The translations under genes were made by a program, and so were the position numbers. A stretch of DNA of 63,870 nt, the filler included, from Malassezia furfur (Eukaryota): assembly GCA_052055015.1 (NCBI GenBank). It is 49 parts of 49 records of this genome, joined end to end, with 100 filler letters (N's around TTAATTAATTAA, not from the genome) between each part and the next. Parts side by side here need not be neighbours in the genome. Positions count along the whole stretch, not along the records: positions 35,794 to 36,993 come from JBQJIT010001249.1; positions 37,094 to 38,290 come from JBQJIT010001250.1; positions 38,391 to 39,586 come from JBQJIT010001251.1; positions 39,687 to 40,881 come from JBQJIT010001252.1; positions 40,982 to 42,176 come from JBQJIT010001253.1; positions 42,277 to 43,471 come from JBQJIT010001254.1; positions 43,572 to 44,764 come from JBQJIT010001255.1; positions 44,865 to 46,055 come from JBQJIT010001256.1; 41 more parts are not named here. The stretch is one strand, 5' to 3'. The notes beneath the pieces are model-generated. The model had not been told where the DNA came from. It made no database searches and saw only the letters and a program-made list of their open reading frames with translations. Shown in pieces: positions 36,647-47,442 of this stretch (its first letter is position 1; each line of letters opens with the position of its first letter).

Positions 36647-36993
36647 TCAGTCCCGCAGCACCTTGAGGCCGCGCAGGAAGTGCAGCATAGAGATGTCCGG
36701 CGCGGTCGGCTCGCCGTACGCAGTGCGGTGCAGCTGCGCCGAGTGCCACAGCGAGCCCCAGCCCGCGCCGACGAGCGGGATGTTGGGCATGAGCGCGGGC
36801 GGCGGCGGCACCTTCCAGGTCGGCGCCGTGGTCCGCTCGTCCTCGTCGGGAATCTGGGCGTCGAGCACCGTGACGGGCAGCGCGGGGTCGAGCGCCGCGG
36901 GGCGCGCGAGGCCGATGCCGTCGATCGCGTCGTCGCGCACCGCCTGCGCCATGCCGACGCGCGAGCGGAAGCCGCCCGTGACGATGATGCGCA
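36647..36993 (-). CDS. NADH:flavin oxidoreductase (Old Yellow Enzyme family), C-terminus
   Basis: IVTGGFRSRVGM..AV....DGIGLARPAALDPALP FMN-phosphate-binding motifs. Confidence 0.8.
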
Positions 36994-37093
36994 NNNNNNN
37001 NNNNNNNNNNNNNNNNNNNNNNNNNNNNNNNNNNNNNTTAATTAATTAANNNNNNNNNNNNNNNNNNNNNNNNNNNNNNNNNNNNNNNNNNNN

Positions 37094-37750
37094 GCTGGGG
37101 CCGTCGGCGGCCGCGGGACTCGACGGCGGCCACGGCGCGGGCTGCGAGCGCGGTGCGGGTGTGGCGGTATGTGTGCTCGGTCCCGGCGTGCACGCGCGCG
37201 CAGCGGCGGCCGCCGACTGCGCCGCCTGGGCACCGCCGGACACGGCCGCAGTGTCTTGCGACATGCTACGTAGGGCGTCGGTCGGCGCCATCGGCGCAGG
37301 CTCGGAAGCCTCAGTCTTGACAGCCCCCAGCACTGTAGACGCGTCATGTACGTCGTCCTCGTCGAGACGCAGCCGCTTGGCGGCCTGCTGCATCGCCGAG
37401 GCGCTGGGCCTTGCGAGCCGTTTCCCGTTCGCCTTTTGGAAGCCGACGGGCCCGGCCGGCGCAGGCGCCGGCACGGGCGCCGGCTGGGAGCCCTGCTCGG
37501 CGCTTGTATCGAGTGCAAGCCAGGCGGACTCGTCGAGCGACTCGAAAAACTCCGTGTCGCAGTCGAGGTCGAGCTCTTCTTCGTCTGCGGCGTCGTCGGC
37601 GTCGGCGCGCGCCGTAAGCTCGGCGGGCGGCGCTGCGCGTTTCAAGTCGCCGCCCCCTTCCATCGCGTGCGCGGTCGCCGGCCGGTTCGCGGACAGCGGC
37701 GCGAGTGGTACGCGCTCACCGCCCACACCGGGCTGCGCACCCGACGGCAT
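37094..37750 (-). CDS. Probable Brh2/BRCA2 N-terminal region with a BRC motif
   Basis: GFQKANGKRLARPSASAMQQAAKRL fits the BRC pattern FxxAxGK...S..A...A. Confidence 0.6.
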
Positions 37751-37820
37751 AACGCACGCGCCGATCCGCACGCGTCGCGTGGAGACACACGCGTTTCGGC
37801 CGAGCCACACTGCGTTCGCC

Positions 37821-38290
37821 ATGTACGAATCGTCGCGGTACGTACCCCCCAGCTCACACAGGCGCGGCGGCACACGCGGCGGGCAGGCTGATTTCTCGTG
37901 GGATGTGGTGCGCGAGGACAAGCACCGCGAGAACTACCTAGGCAACTCGGTCGCGGCGCCGAAGGGCCGGTGGCAGCAGGGCCGCGACATCCTGTGGTAC
38001 AACCGCGACACGTCGGCGCGCGACGCGGACGACGCCGCCGAGCAGCGGCGGCAGGAACTCCTGCGTGTCAAGCAGGCCGAGCAGGATGCGATGCGTGAAT
38101 TGCTGTGCGTACGGCGCGACTTACACAGCGGCGGCAGCGTGCCAGGCAGCGGCCCGAGCGTCGGCACAGCACTCGCGCAGGGTTCGCGCGACACACCCGC
38201 ACGCACGGGCGCGAATGCTGCGCCGCTGGACCCCAGCAAGCGACGATACCCAGCGCCGCGCGCCGAGGCGGACGATGCCGAGCGTGCGGC
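37821..38290 (+). CDS. MMtag-domain protein (C1orf35-like); in-frame 24-nt introns 37838-37861 and 38105-38128
   Basis: RGGTRGGQADFSWDVVREDKHRENYLGNS..APKGRWQQGRDILWY. Confidence 0.88.
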
Positions 38291-38390
38291 NNNNNNNNNN
38301 NNNNNNNNNNNNNNNNNNNNNNNNNNNNNNNNNNTTAATTAATTAANNNNNNNNNNNNNNNNNNNNNNNNNNNNNNNNNNNNNNNNNNNN

Positions 38391-38684
38391 GGGGGCGCGC
38401 GGGGTCCGCCGCCGTCGCACACGGTGCGTGCGCGGCTGTCGGCGTTTGCGCTGTCGACCGACGACGGAGCGCGGCGGCCGACGCAGGGCAAAGGCGCGGC
38501 GGGCGCCGAGCGGGTGCGCGATGCATCGATTCTACGCGAGCTGAACGATCTACGTGCGATGCCGCGCGTCGAGAGCAGCCGGACGATGTATGCGACGCCG
38601 CACGCGACGGTCGCGAGCGACCTTGCGCACGCGCGGCCGTCCGCGGCGGCGTACAAGACGGATGCGAGCCAGTATTATATATAG
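38391..38684 (+). CDS. C-terminus of an unidentified protein
   Basis: Open frame ending ...YKTDASQYYI*. Confidence 0.5.
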   Translation, partial: GGARGPPPSHTVRARLSAFALSTDDGARRPTQGKGAAGAERVRDASILRELNDLRAMPRVESSRTMYATPHATVASDLAHARPSAAAYKTDASQYYI

Positions 38685-38820
38685 TTGCGAAGCGGCCCCG
38701 GCGGCCTCCCCCGAGGGCAACCCGATCGCCCCGATCGCGGGCTGCGCCCGATCGGCGCGGCGGCGAGGGAGCGAGGGCTTCCCCGCCAGCGGTCACGCGC
38801 GGCGAAGCGATGGCGCCGTG

Positions 38821-39586
38821 ATGGACACGAGCGGCCCCCCTCCCGAGATGGGCGCGCGTGCGCATGCGGAGGATGCGGCGCACGCCGCGCCTGCCGCTGC
38901 CGAGCGAGCGAGCTCGCCCGTGGACGCCGACGCGCCTGCGGCGTGGGCGACGGCGTCGTGTGCGTACGAGGGCACCGGGTCCGAGGACGAGGCGCCCGCC
39001 GCGCCGGCGCACGACGCGCATGCGGCGGCGGTGCACCTGGACGTGCCTGACGTGGCGCCTGCGACGCTGGCGTTTGCGAATGTGTACAACAACGATGCGT
39101 CGTCGATCCGCGAAGTCGTCCTGCACAACCCCACGGACGGTGCGTGCAGCGTGACGCTGCGTGGTGCGCCCGGCGTGCGGTGGACGCAGCTGCGTGCGCA
39201 GAATGCGGCGCCGCAGACGCCGCTGTGGGCGGCGTCCGAGGCGACGAACACGGTCGCGTGGGTGCGGGCCGACGGTTTGTCGCCGGCGCACCTGCGGGCG
39301 ATGCGGCACATGGCCGCGAACCTCGAGACGGTGACGGGCCTGACGCTGGTGCCGCACGAGCGGCGGGTGCTGTACGTCGAGGTGCGTGTGCGCGACGTGG
39401 CGAGTGCCGCGCAGCGCGAGATCGGCACGCAGCTCGTGCACCTGCGCACGGCGCTGGGCGTGGACGTCGGCGGGCGGACGACGGCGCTGCCCGTGCACAT
39501 CAGCACGGCGGCGGTGGACGTGACGCTGGCGCTGGCGCATGCGCCGCCGCGCGCCGCGGACGGCGAGCGCGCGGAGCGTGCGGAGC
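38821..39586 (+). CDS. Hypothetical protein N-terminus with beta-rich (Ig/PapD-like) character
   Basis: ATG 38821; LAFANVYNN..SIREVVLHNPT; open to the contig end. Confidence 0.5.
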
Positions 39587-39849
39587 NNNNNNNNNNNNNN
39601 NNNNNNNNNNNNNNNNNNNNNNNNNNNNNNTTAATTAATTAANNNNNNNNNNNNNNNNNNNNNNNNNNNNNNNNNNNNNNNNNNNNCGTTATTCTTAATA
39701 ACGCGAAAGCCGAGCGCTGCATGCCTGTCGCGCACGTGGCCTGCCCAACCCGATCCGGATGCGGCGCCCGATCCCGATCGCCGCAGCACTGGAAGGAAGG
39801 TGGGTGGGGGGCGCACCGTGCGCGCCCTGGGGCCGCAGGGTCCCACGGC

Positions 39850-40443
39850 TCACGCGCGCGCGCGCGGCGTGCATGCCGTCGCGACCGCTGTGAGTGCGCG
39901 GTGCAGCGCGGCGTCGATGTCGGCACGGGGGCACGCGTACAGCGACGCATTCGCGTGGAAGAGGTAGAGGAACACTGCGTGAGCGGCAGCACACGTACGA
40001 TCGCACACCGGCACATCAGGGTCGCGCACCACGTCGCGCAGCGTCGCGATGAGGCGTGTGCGGCATCGGTTGCGCACGACGGCGTGCTTGTGCACCTGCT
40101 TCTTGCTCACGAACACGGTCGTGCGCAGGATGCGCGTGCGGTCCGGGTCGCCAGCGAGCGCGGCGCGCGCGGCGTTGGCGAGGCGCGCGTGCCGTGCATG
40201 GTGCGTCTCGGGCTTTGGCGGCCACGGGAGCCACGGCGGGCCGAACGCACGCGGCATCGTCGTCGCGCCGTCGGGCACCGTGAGGTCCAAGGGGTATAAT
40301 TGCAAGGAAAACAGCTCGCTTCGGAACTGCGCGGCAGGCCGGCGGCGCACGTTGGCTGCGGCGTGTGGCGGCTGCAGCGCCGAAGGGGGCAGCCGCACGA
40401 CGTGCGCGCCGTGCCGGAGCGCCATGGCGGCGCGCTCGGCCAT
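39850..40443 (-). CDS. Bacterial-type RNase P protein (RnpA)-like, probably mitochondrial; in-frame 24-nt intron 39975-39998
   Basis: VFVSKKQVHKHAVVRNRCRTRL matches the RnpA RNR motif (VSKK...AVxRNRxKRxL); complete small basic ORF. Confidence 0.65.
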   Translation of the reverse strand: MAERAAMALRHGAHVVRLPPSALQPPHAAANVRRRPAAQFRSELFSLQLYPLDLTVPDGATTMPRAFGPPWLPWPPKPETHHARHARLANAARAALAGDPDRTRILRTTVFVSKKQVHKHAVVRNRCRTRLIATLRDVVRDPDVPVCDRTCAAAHAVFLYLFHANASLYACPRADIDAALHRALTAVATACTPRARA

Positions 40444-40767
40444 GGTGCACAGTGGAGGAGGGCGCGTGCGTCCGTAGGCAAAATCGGCGCATTTGCTGAA
40501 TCAGCATGAAGAAGACAGGCACACGACACCCAGAGCAGGGCGCCTTCTGTGTGCACGGGTGTGCGCCCTTGGGCACGGCTGGCACGAGAAGTCGAGTGCT
40601 AGGGCTCTGCTACGTTGGGCGGATGCGCTGCTGCTGCTTTTGCCGCCGCGACCGCGCCGCGCCGGACCGCGCGGGGGGGCCTGCCGTAGGACCCTGGCAC
40701 TCCGCTGCACGCTCGGCGGCGCGCTGACTCATCCATTTTTTGGGCAGAAGTTGCCACTGTTCCTCGA

Positions 40768-40881
40768 ATGGCCACGACCGAATCGGTCCCGACCGTACAA
40801 GACGCTGGCGCGGCCGCGCGTGCACCTGCACGCGGCCGCGGCCGGCGCCGTGGAAATGGGCGTGGGCGTGGCGGCGGGCGT
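40768..40881 (+). CDS. N-terminus of an RG-rich protein
   Basis: MATTESVPTVQDAG...RGRGRRRGNGRGRGGGR. Confidence 0.45.
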
Positions 40882-41081
40882 NNNNNNNNNNNNNNNNNNN
40901 NNNNNNNNNNNNNNNNNNNNNNNNNTTAATTAATTAANNNNNNNNNNNNNNNNNNNNNNNNNNNNNNNNNNNNNNNNNNNNGCACCCCGGGGCGGACGAG
41001 GCGCAGGCGCGGCGCCTGGCGCTGGGGCGCGCGGCGCGTGCGCCGCGCACGCCGGGCGTGCATGTCTACTTCCCGCGCGCG

Positions 41082-42121
41082 GACGCGCCGCGAGCCACTG
41101 CGCAAGGCGCCGCGCGTGCGCCTCGTCCGCACCGGGGTGCAGCGCCGCAAGGTCCACCGTGTGCACACTCACGGCGCTCGCCTTCTCGAGCGCGGCGGTG
41201 AGCGCGTGCGGGAGCTGCTGCTGCGGCCCGCGGATCGTGACGGCGTCCGTAGCGTCCTGCGCGGCAGGCAGCTCGAGCGCACACCCCGTCGTCGCGAGCA
41301 GGTCGGCGGCCGCGTCGCCAACGAGGCACGCGTGCTGCCGCTTGGGGATGTGCACGGTGAGCGTGCGGAAGTGCGCCTTCCACTCGGCGACCTCGGCGTA
41401 GATCGCGGCCACGAGCGTCGCGACCGCCTCGCGCTCGCCCTGCACGACGATCGCGAGGTCGCGCGCGCGGTCCTCGCGCGCAAGGAACGCGCCGCGCGGC
41501 GGCACATGCACGCTCGCGGCGCCGTGCGCGATCGTCTCGGCGAGGTGCGCGGCGTGCGCGTTGCGTGCGCCCGCGATGAACGGGTAGTACGCGACGTCGA
41601 TGTCCGTGAGCCGCTGCGTGCGCTTCGAGGTGCGCTCCGCGACGAGCGCCTCGAGCTGCGCCTGCGCCGCGAGCGCATTGACCTCGTCGCCCTCGACGAC
41701 GACCTCGACCTGCTCGTCGAGCAGCGGGTCGTCCGTGGCCGCGGCGGGCGCGTCGCCCGCGCCCGCGGCGCGCGGCGGGATGTGGATGCGCACGCCCGTC
41801 GCGTCGGTGATCGCCTTGACGTTCTTGCCGCCCGCGCCGATCACATACGCACGCAGCGACGCGGGCACCAGCACGGTGAGCGACACGCGGCGCGCACACT
41901 GCGCACTCAACGCCTTCTTCGCCTCCTGCACGCGCGCGTCGCTCGGGCCCTTGAGGATGAACGTAGTGACGTGCGTCTTGCGCGTCGTGCTCGCCTCGAT
42001 CTGCACGTCGGGGCATGCCGCCTGCACGCGCTGCAGCAGCGTGCTCAGGCGCGCGAGCTGCTCGTCGCCGAGGCGCAGCTGCACACGCGCCTGGTGCGTG
42101 ACGCGCTGCAGCACCGGCACG
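41082..42121 (-). CDS. SCP160: Vigilin/Scp160 multi-KH RNA-binding protein fragment (both contig ends artefactual)
   Basis: VPASLRAYVIGAGGKNVKAITDATGVRIHIP, YYPFIAG, IPKRQH. Confidence 0.82.
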
Positions 42122-42276
42122 CGCCTCGATCTGCACGTCGGGGCATGCCGCCTGCACGCGCTGCAGCAGCGTGCTCNNNNNNNNNNNNNNNNNNNNNNNN
42201 NNNNNNNNNNNNNNNNNNNNTTAATTAATTAANNNNNNNNNNNNNNNNNNNNNNNNNNNNNNNNNNNNNNNNNNNN

Positions 42277-42682
42277 GGCACGCGGCGCTGCAGATGCCGC
42301 TTGGGCGCCGCTGCTGCCGCCCAGGGCGGGCCGCAGCGCATGCAGCGGCACAGCGCGTGGACGTGCAGCGGCCTTGCGTTCGCGCCGCTCCTCGCGCGCG
42401 AGCGCCTGCTCGGCCTCGACGTCCTCGTCGCTCTTTTCCTCCTCGCTGCTTTCGTCAAAGTCGGAGTCGACCACGTCCGATTCATCTGCGTGAGCGTGGC
42501 GCAGACGCACCGTCGTTGCCCTCGAACTCGATATCGTTCTCGACCTCGGCGAACATCTCGTCGCCGCCGTCGATCTCTTGCTGCTCGAGCAGCTCGCGCA
42601 TGCTGTGTGAGCACATTGAGACGTACCGATTTCCGGCATTGGCGCGCCGGCTCCGCTGCGGCACCATCATGGCGTCGGGCAT
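42277..42682 (-). CDS. VPS72: Vps72/Swc2/YL1 N-terminus; introns 42603-42626 (24 nt) and 42486-42510 (25 nt)
   Basis: Spliced RSRRANAGNRMRELL and DVVDSDFDES. Confidence 0.88.
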
Positions 42683-42744
42683 GGCGCGGGGGCCCTCTGA
42701 AGAACCAAGGGCGACGGGGGTCGTGGGTGGAGGTGCGTGGGGGG

Positions 42745-43471
42745 CTACGGGACAAAAAAGCCTACGGCGTCCCACGAGGGCAGCACGGTGGTGCGCGCCG
42801 CACGCACGTCGTCGGCGGGCGCGTCAGGCGCCGACGACGCGCCGTCGCCATTCGTAGAGAGCAGGGGCGAGCTTGGGATCGACGACGCGGCGCTCGGCGC
42901 CGAGCTCGGTGTGTTCTCGAGCAGCGCCACAAGCGGATCGTCGCGCGGCACACGCACCTGCTGGGTGTGCAGCGCATCAAGCACGCACGCCGCCTGCCGC
43001 GTAATGTATGTAAGCACGGCATCGGGCGCATGCCCGCCGTGCGCGAGGATCGCCGAGTTCACCTGCGCGGCCAGCGCCGAGCGCCGCGCGGGGTCGAGGA
43101 TGCGCGCGCGCGTCGCGTCGTCTGCATCGCTGTACGCGAGCATGGCCACAAGCGCATGCACCTGGCGTGTGTACACGGCACACTCGTCCGTGGGCAGCGT
43201 CTGCACATGCGTGTGGAGCAGCTGGATCTCGGCGAGCGCCGCATGCAGCGTCGGCGAATCGTTGGTGGGCGCGTGCGCGTACTCGGCATAGAGCGCCCGC
43301 ACAAGCTCGACATAGTGCTGGATGTGCAAGTTGAGCCACACGTGGAACGGGTCGAGCGACACCTGGCTCGGCGCCGGCGGCGGCGCCTGCGCCGCGTTGG
43401 ACGCGGGCGGCGTCGGCGCAGAGTGCAGCATGCCGGGAAAATGCAGGTCGCACAGCGAAATGGCCTCGGCG
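42745..43471 (-). CDS. CTLH/CRA-domain protein (GID complex type), C-terminus
   Basis: LNLHIQHYVELVR, MLAYSD, RRSALAAQVNSAIL. Confidence 0.75.
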
Positions 43472-43571
43472 NNNNNNNNNNNNNNNNNNNNNNNNNNNNN
43501 NNNNNNNNNNNNNNNTTAATTAATTAANNNNNNNNNNNNNNNNNNNNNNNNNNNNNNNNNNNNNNNNNNNN

Positions 43572-44764
43572 TGCCTCGGGTGGGGGCGGCTTCCGCACGC
43601 CGGCGGGCGGCGACGCACGCGGCTCCGTGGGCCGCTCGGCCTGCTCGTCCACACCCAGGCACCGGTCCATGTGCCGGTTGATCTGCTCGCTGCGCTGCAC
43701 CTCGCTTGCGCCCGGCTCGACGTGGATCGCCTGCGCACACACCGGGCACGTGTGCACCGGCGCGGCCTGCAGCCAGCGCTCGAGCGGCGACGCGTCGTGC
43801 GCGCCGACGTCGACGAGCGCCGACGCACGCACGCCGAGCAGGCGGAGCGTGAGCGGGCGATGCTGTGCCGCGGCGGCCGCGTGCTCCTGTGCAAGGAGCG
43901 AGCGCCCGAGCGCGTACAGCTCGTCGAACGTCGCGACGCTGCGGGGCGCGACGCTGTGCTGCCGCGTGAACCGCGCAAAGGTGTCGTGCTTGCCGACGAG
44001 CGCGACGGTGCGCGCGCGGAAGTCGAGGCGCGCGAGGTCCGCGGCGAGCTGCGTGCACGTCTGGCGCAGCTGTGCGTCGAGCGCGTCCGGCTGCGCGGTC
44101 GGCGCAAAGGTGTTTTCGCGCCCGACCGACTTGCGCTCCGTGCGCGCGGGGCGGTGGAGGCGGCTCGCGCCGATCCCCAGCGCCGCGGCGAGCAGGAAGG
44201 AAAAGTGGTCCATGCACACGCTGAGCTCGCCGCGCCGCGCCCACAGCGCGCCGCACGTCGGCACGTCGAGCGCGTCGAGGATGCGCTCAGTGACGTGCCC
44301 GATGCCGGGCACCTTGCGCACGGGCAGCTCGCGCAGGAACGCGAGGATCGCGTCGCGGTCGGGCGGCACGCGGCACTGCCCGTTGGGCTTGTGCCGGTCC
44401 GAGGCGATCTTGGCGAGCAGCGTGTTGGGCGCGATGCCGACGCTCACCGTGAGCCCCGTCGCGCGCTCCACGTCCGCACGCAGCTGCGCAACGAGCGCCT
44501 CGGCATCGATGCCGTCGCGCTCGAGCACCGGCGTCACGTCCAGGTACGCCTCGTCCAGGCTGCGCGGCACGAGGTCGGGGTCGTAGCGGCGCAGGACGCG
44601 CATCACCGCCTCGCTCGCGGCGCGGTAGCGGTCCATGTGCGCGGGCACGACGTGCAGGTGGGGGCACAGCGCGCGCGCGACAAACTCGGCCATGCCGCTG
44701 CGCACGCCGAGCGTGCGCGCCTCGTAGCTCGCGGTGAGCAGCACGCCGTGGCCCACGGCGAAAC
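43572..44764 (-). CDS. POLK: DNA polymerase kappa fragment with UBZ finger
   Basis: TASYEAR..GVRSGM, SLDEAYLD, SVGIAPN.LLAKIASD..KPNGQ, CPVC...INRHMDRCL. Confidence 0.92.
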
Positions 44765-44864
44765 NNNNNNNNNNNNNNNNNNNNNNNNNNNNNNNNNNNN
44801 NNNNNNNNTTAATTAATTAANNNNNNNNNNNNNNNNNNNNNNNNNNNNNNNNNNNNNNNNNNNN

Positions 44865-45778
44865 ACGTCGTCGGCCGCGAGCGTGACCTGGCACCCCGCG
44901 TCGCCGACCGTACGCGGCGCGGCGCCGGGCGCCGCGAGCTCGAGCGCGTACGCGCCGCTCGACGCGGTCGCATACACCGTCTGGCGCGTGTGCTGCGCGG
45001 CGCGCAGCTGCAGCACCACGTCGCGCTGCGCGTGTACGGGCCGCTGCTCGGTGCGGAGCACACCGTGCTCCTGTTCCCGCACGCGGGCGCCGACGCGGTC
45101 GGCGCACTCGCCGCGTACGTCAACGGGCACGCGGTGCCGGCGCACCTTGTGCCGCAGCTGCAGACCACCGCGGACGCCGACGCGCCCGAGCCCGCACCGG
45201 TGCTCGCCGCGGTGACGCTCGCGGTGCCCGCCGCGGCCGCGCACGCCGCGCCGCACGCCGAGGTCGACGTGCACTACACCACGCCCTGGGCGCCGCACAC
45301 GCCGCTCGACGTCGTGTGCCCCGCGGCGCCCGCGCCCGTGCCGCGCACGGTGGTGTGTGTGCACGGCACGCGCACGCACGTCCCGCGCCTCGTGACGCCG
45401 ACGACGGCGCACGTCGCGCACGGCGCCGAGGCCACCGTCACCGCCTTTCCGCAGCACCGCGAGCGGCCGCATACGCTGCGGTTTGCGCTGCACGCCGCAC
45501 CGGCCACGCACGACGCGCGCACGATGTGGGCACTCGCCGCGCTCGCCGTCGTCGTCGCGTGCTGGATGGCGTCGACGGCACACGCCCTCCGCCGCCTCGA
45601 GACCCACGTGGCGACACTCGCCCTGGCGCTCGACATCGAGCTGGAGGACGGGCAGTGGCGCGAGCCGGGCTGGCACCACACGGCGGCGGCCGCGCGGTAT
45701 GCGCTGCACGCGCGGTATGCGCTGCACGACATCGCCCACGCCGTGCGCCGCCTCGCCGGCCACGCGCCGCGGCGCTAG
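44865..45778 (+). CDS. Hypothetical membrane protein, 3' part
   Basis: Long ORF with one hydrophobic segment (MWALAALAVVVACW); 5' frame uncertain. Confidence 0.4.
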
Positions 45779-45819
45779 TCCCTACGTTGATGTACCGCAC
45801 ACGGATCCCCTTATCTACA

Positions 45820-46055
45820 CTACGCATCCAACTCGACATAGTTCTGGGTTAGTCTCTCCACGTACCGCAGGGAACAGGCCGGTCACGCCGGTGCGCTCGT
45901 TGGTGCCGCTCCACCAGTCGTCGCTCGCAAACTCGATCTGGATAATCCGGTCGCCCTCGGCGAGCTCCACTTCGTTGTCCTCGGCGATCTCGTAGTCGTA
46001 CAACGCCGTGGCGCTGGGAGCCGCCGAAGCTGCGGGCGCAGGAGGCGCGGGGGGG
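45820..46055 (-). CDS. ABP1: Abp1-like C-terminal SH3 domain; 22-nt intron 45844-45865
   Basis: ALYDYEIAEDNE...IEFASDDWW; splicing restores GLFPANYVEL. Confidence 0.8.
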
Positions 46056-46155
46056 NNNNNNNNNNNNNNNNNNNNNNNNNNNNNNNNNNNNNNNNNNNNT
46101 TAATTAATTAANNNNNNNNNNNNNNNNNNNNNNNNNNNNNNNNNNNNNNNNNNNN

Positions 46156-46323
46156 CGGCGCTGCGCGGCTCGTGGGCGCCGCGGGCGCCGCATCGCTGGG
46201 CGCCGCATATGCTACTTCGTGGTACGATGGCGTGCGCGCCAGTGCACGCAGCACCGCCGCACCCTTTTCAAGGGAATTTGACCGCTGCGCGCGTCCCTGC
46301 ACAGGCGGCGCAGTCTCGACCAT
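46156..46323 (-). CDS. N-terminus of an unidentified protein
   Basis: ATG 46323 (MVETAPP...), open to the contig end. Confidence 0.35.
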
Positions 46324-46441
46324 CGTCCGCCGCGCTACAAAGCACCCAACGCACCTCTCTCCCGCCGCGTTGCCGGCTCGGCCGAACGCTCTACGCCGCG
46401 TCCAAGGCGCGCGGAGCGGCGAACCGCACGTGGGCGCTCCG

Positions 46442-47342
46442 CTACGGACGCGCCGCCGGCGCCGCCGCACCACGCAGCTCGAGCAGCTCGGCGTGCAGCG
46501 CGGCGTACTTGGCATGGTGCGCGGCATGCAGCGACTCCAGTAGCGTCTAAGCGGTGTCAGTGTGCACAACGTACATAGTCGGGCGATCGGTAGCCCAGCG
46601 CGTCGGCGATCTCGGCGAGCGACTCGGCGCGCGGCGTGTGCGCCGCAGGCGACGTAAGCGCCGCGAGCTGCGTGCGCAGCGCAGTCAGCTCGGCGGCATG
46701 CCGCGCCTCGCCCGCCTCAAGGGCCGCGACGCGCTCCGTCGCCGCACGCAGCGAAGCGCGCGCCTCGTCGCGCTCAGCGACCAGCGCATCGCGCTCTGCC
46801 GCAGTCGGCGCATCGGCGTGTGCCTCCTGTGCACGCGCAAGCGCCGCGCGGTGCTCGCGCGCCGCCTCGTCGAGCGCCGCCTGCTTCGCCTGCGCCGCGT
46901 CGTCGAGCGCCACCTGTTTGTCGCGCGCCGCGTCGTCGACCGCCGCCTGCTTGGCGCGCACGGCCTCGTCGAGTTCTTCCTGCTTGGTGCGCACGGCCGC
47001 GTCGACGGCCGCCTGCTTGTCCTCCTCGTGCTGCGTCGTCATCGCGACGAGCTGCTCCGCAAACGCGCTATGGCTCTCGGCAAACGCGCGCTGCACGTCC
47101 TCGAGCTCGGTGCGCAGGGCATCGAGCTGTGTGCGCAGTGCATCAAGCTCTTGTGTGTGTGCTGCAGACACGTCCGGCGCGGCAGGCGCCGCCGGCTCCG
47201 CCTTCCCCGCATCGCCGTGCGGGTCGGCTGTGGGGCGGTCGTCGTTCGCTGCCTCGGCGGCGGGCGCCTCGCGCGTGGGCGACGGCATCTCGGACTCGCC
47301 AGTGCGAGCGTCTGTGGCGTGCGCCGGCGCGCCCTCGTCGGC
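46442..47342 (-). CDS. Coiled-coil protein C-terminus; 28-nt intron 46547-46574
   Basis: 11-aa KQAAVDDAARx repeats; splicing gives DYTLLESLHAAHHAKY...RP*. Confidence 0.6.
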
Positions 47343-47442
47343 NNNNNNNNNNNNNNNNNNNNNNNNNNNNNNNNNNNNNNNNNNNNTTAATTAATTAANN
47401 NNNNNNNNNNNNNNNNNNNNNNNNNNNNNNNNNNNNNNNNNN

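Noticed and set aside
40734..40744. Spliceosomal snRNA suggested by the Sm-like ATTTTTTGGG
   Set aside because: No U1 5' end, U2 branch-pairing sequence or U5 loop I nearby; kept only as a weak ncRNA candidate.
43572..44764. Bacterial DinB or horizontal transfer
   Set aside because: The C-terminal UBZ finger and KPNGQ motif indicate eukaryotic Pol kappa.
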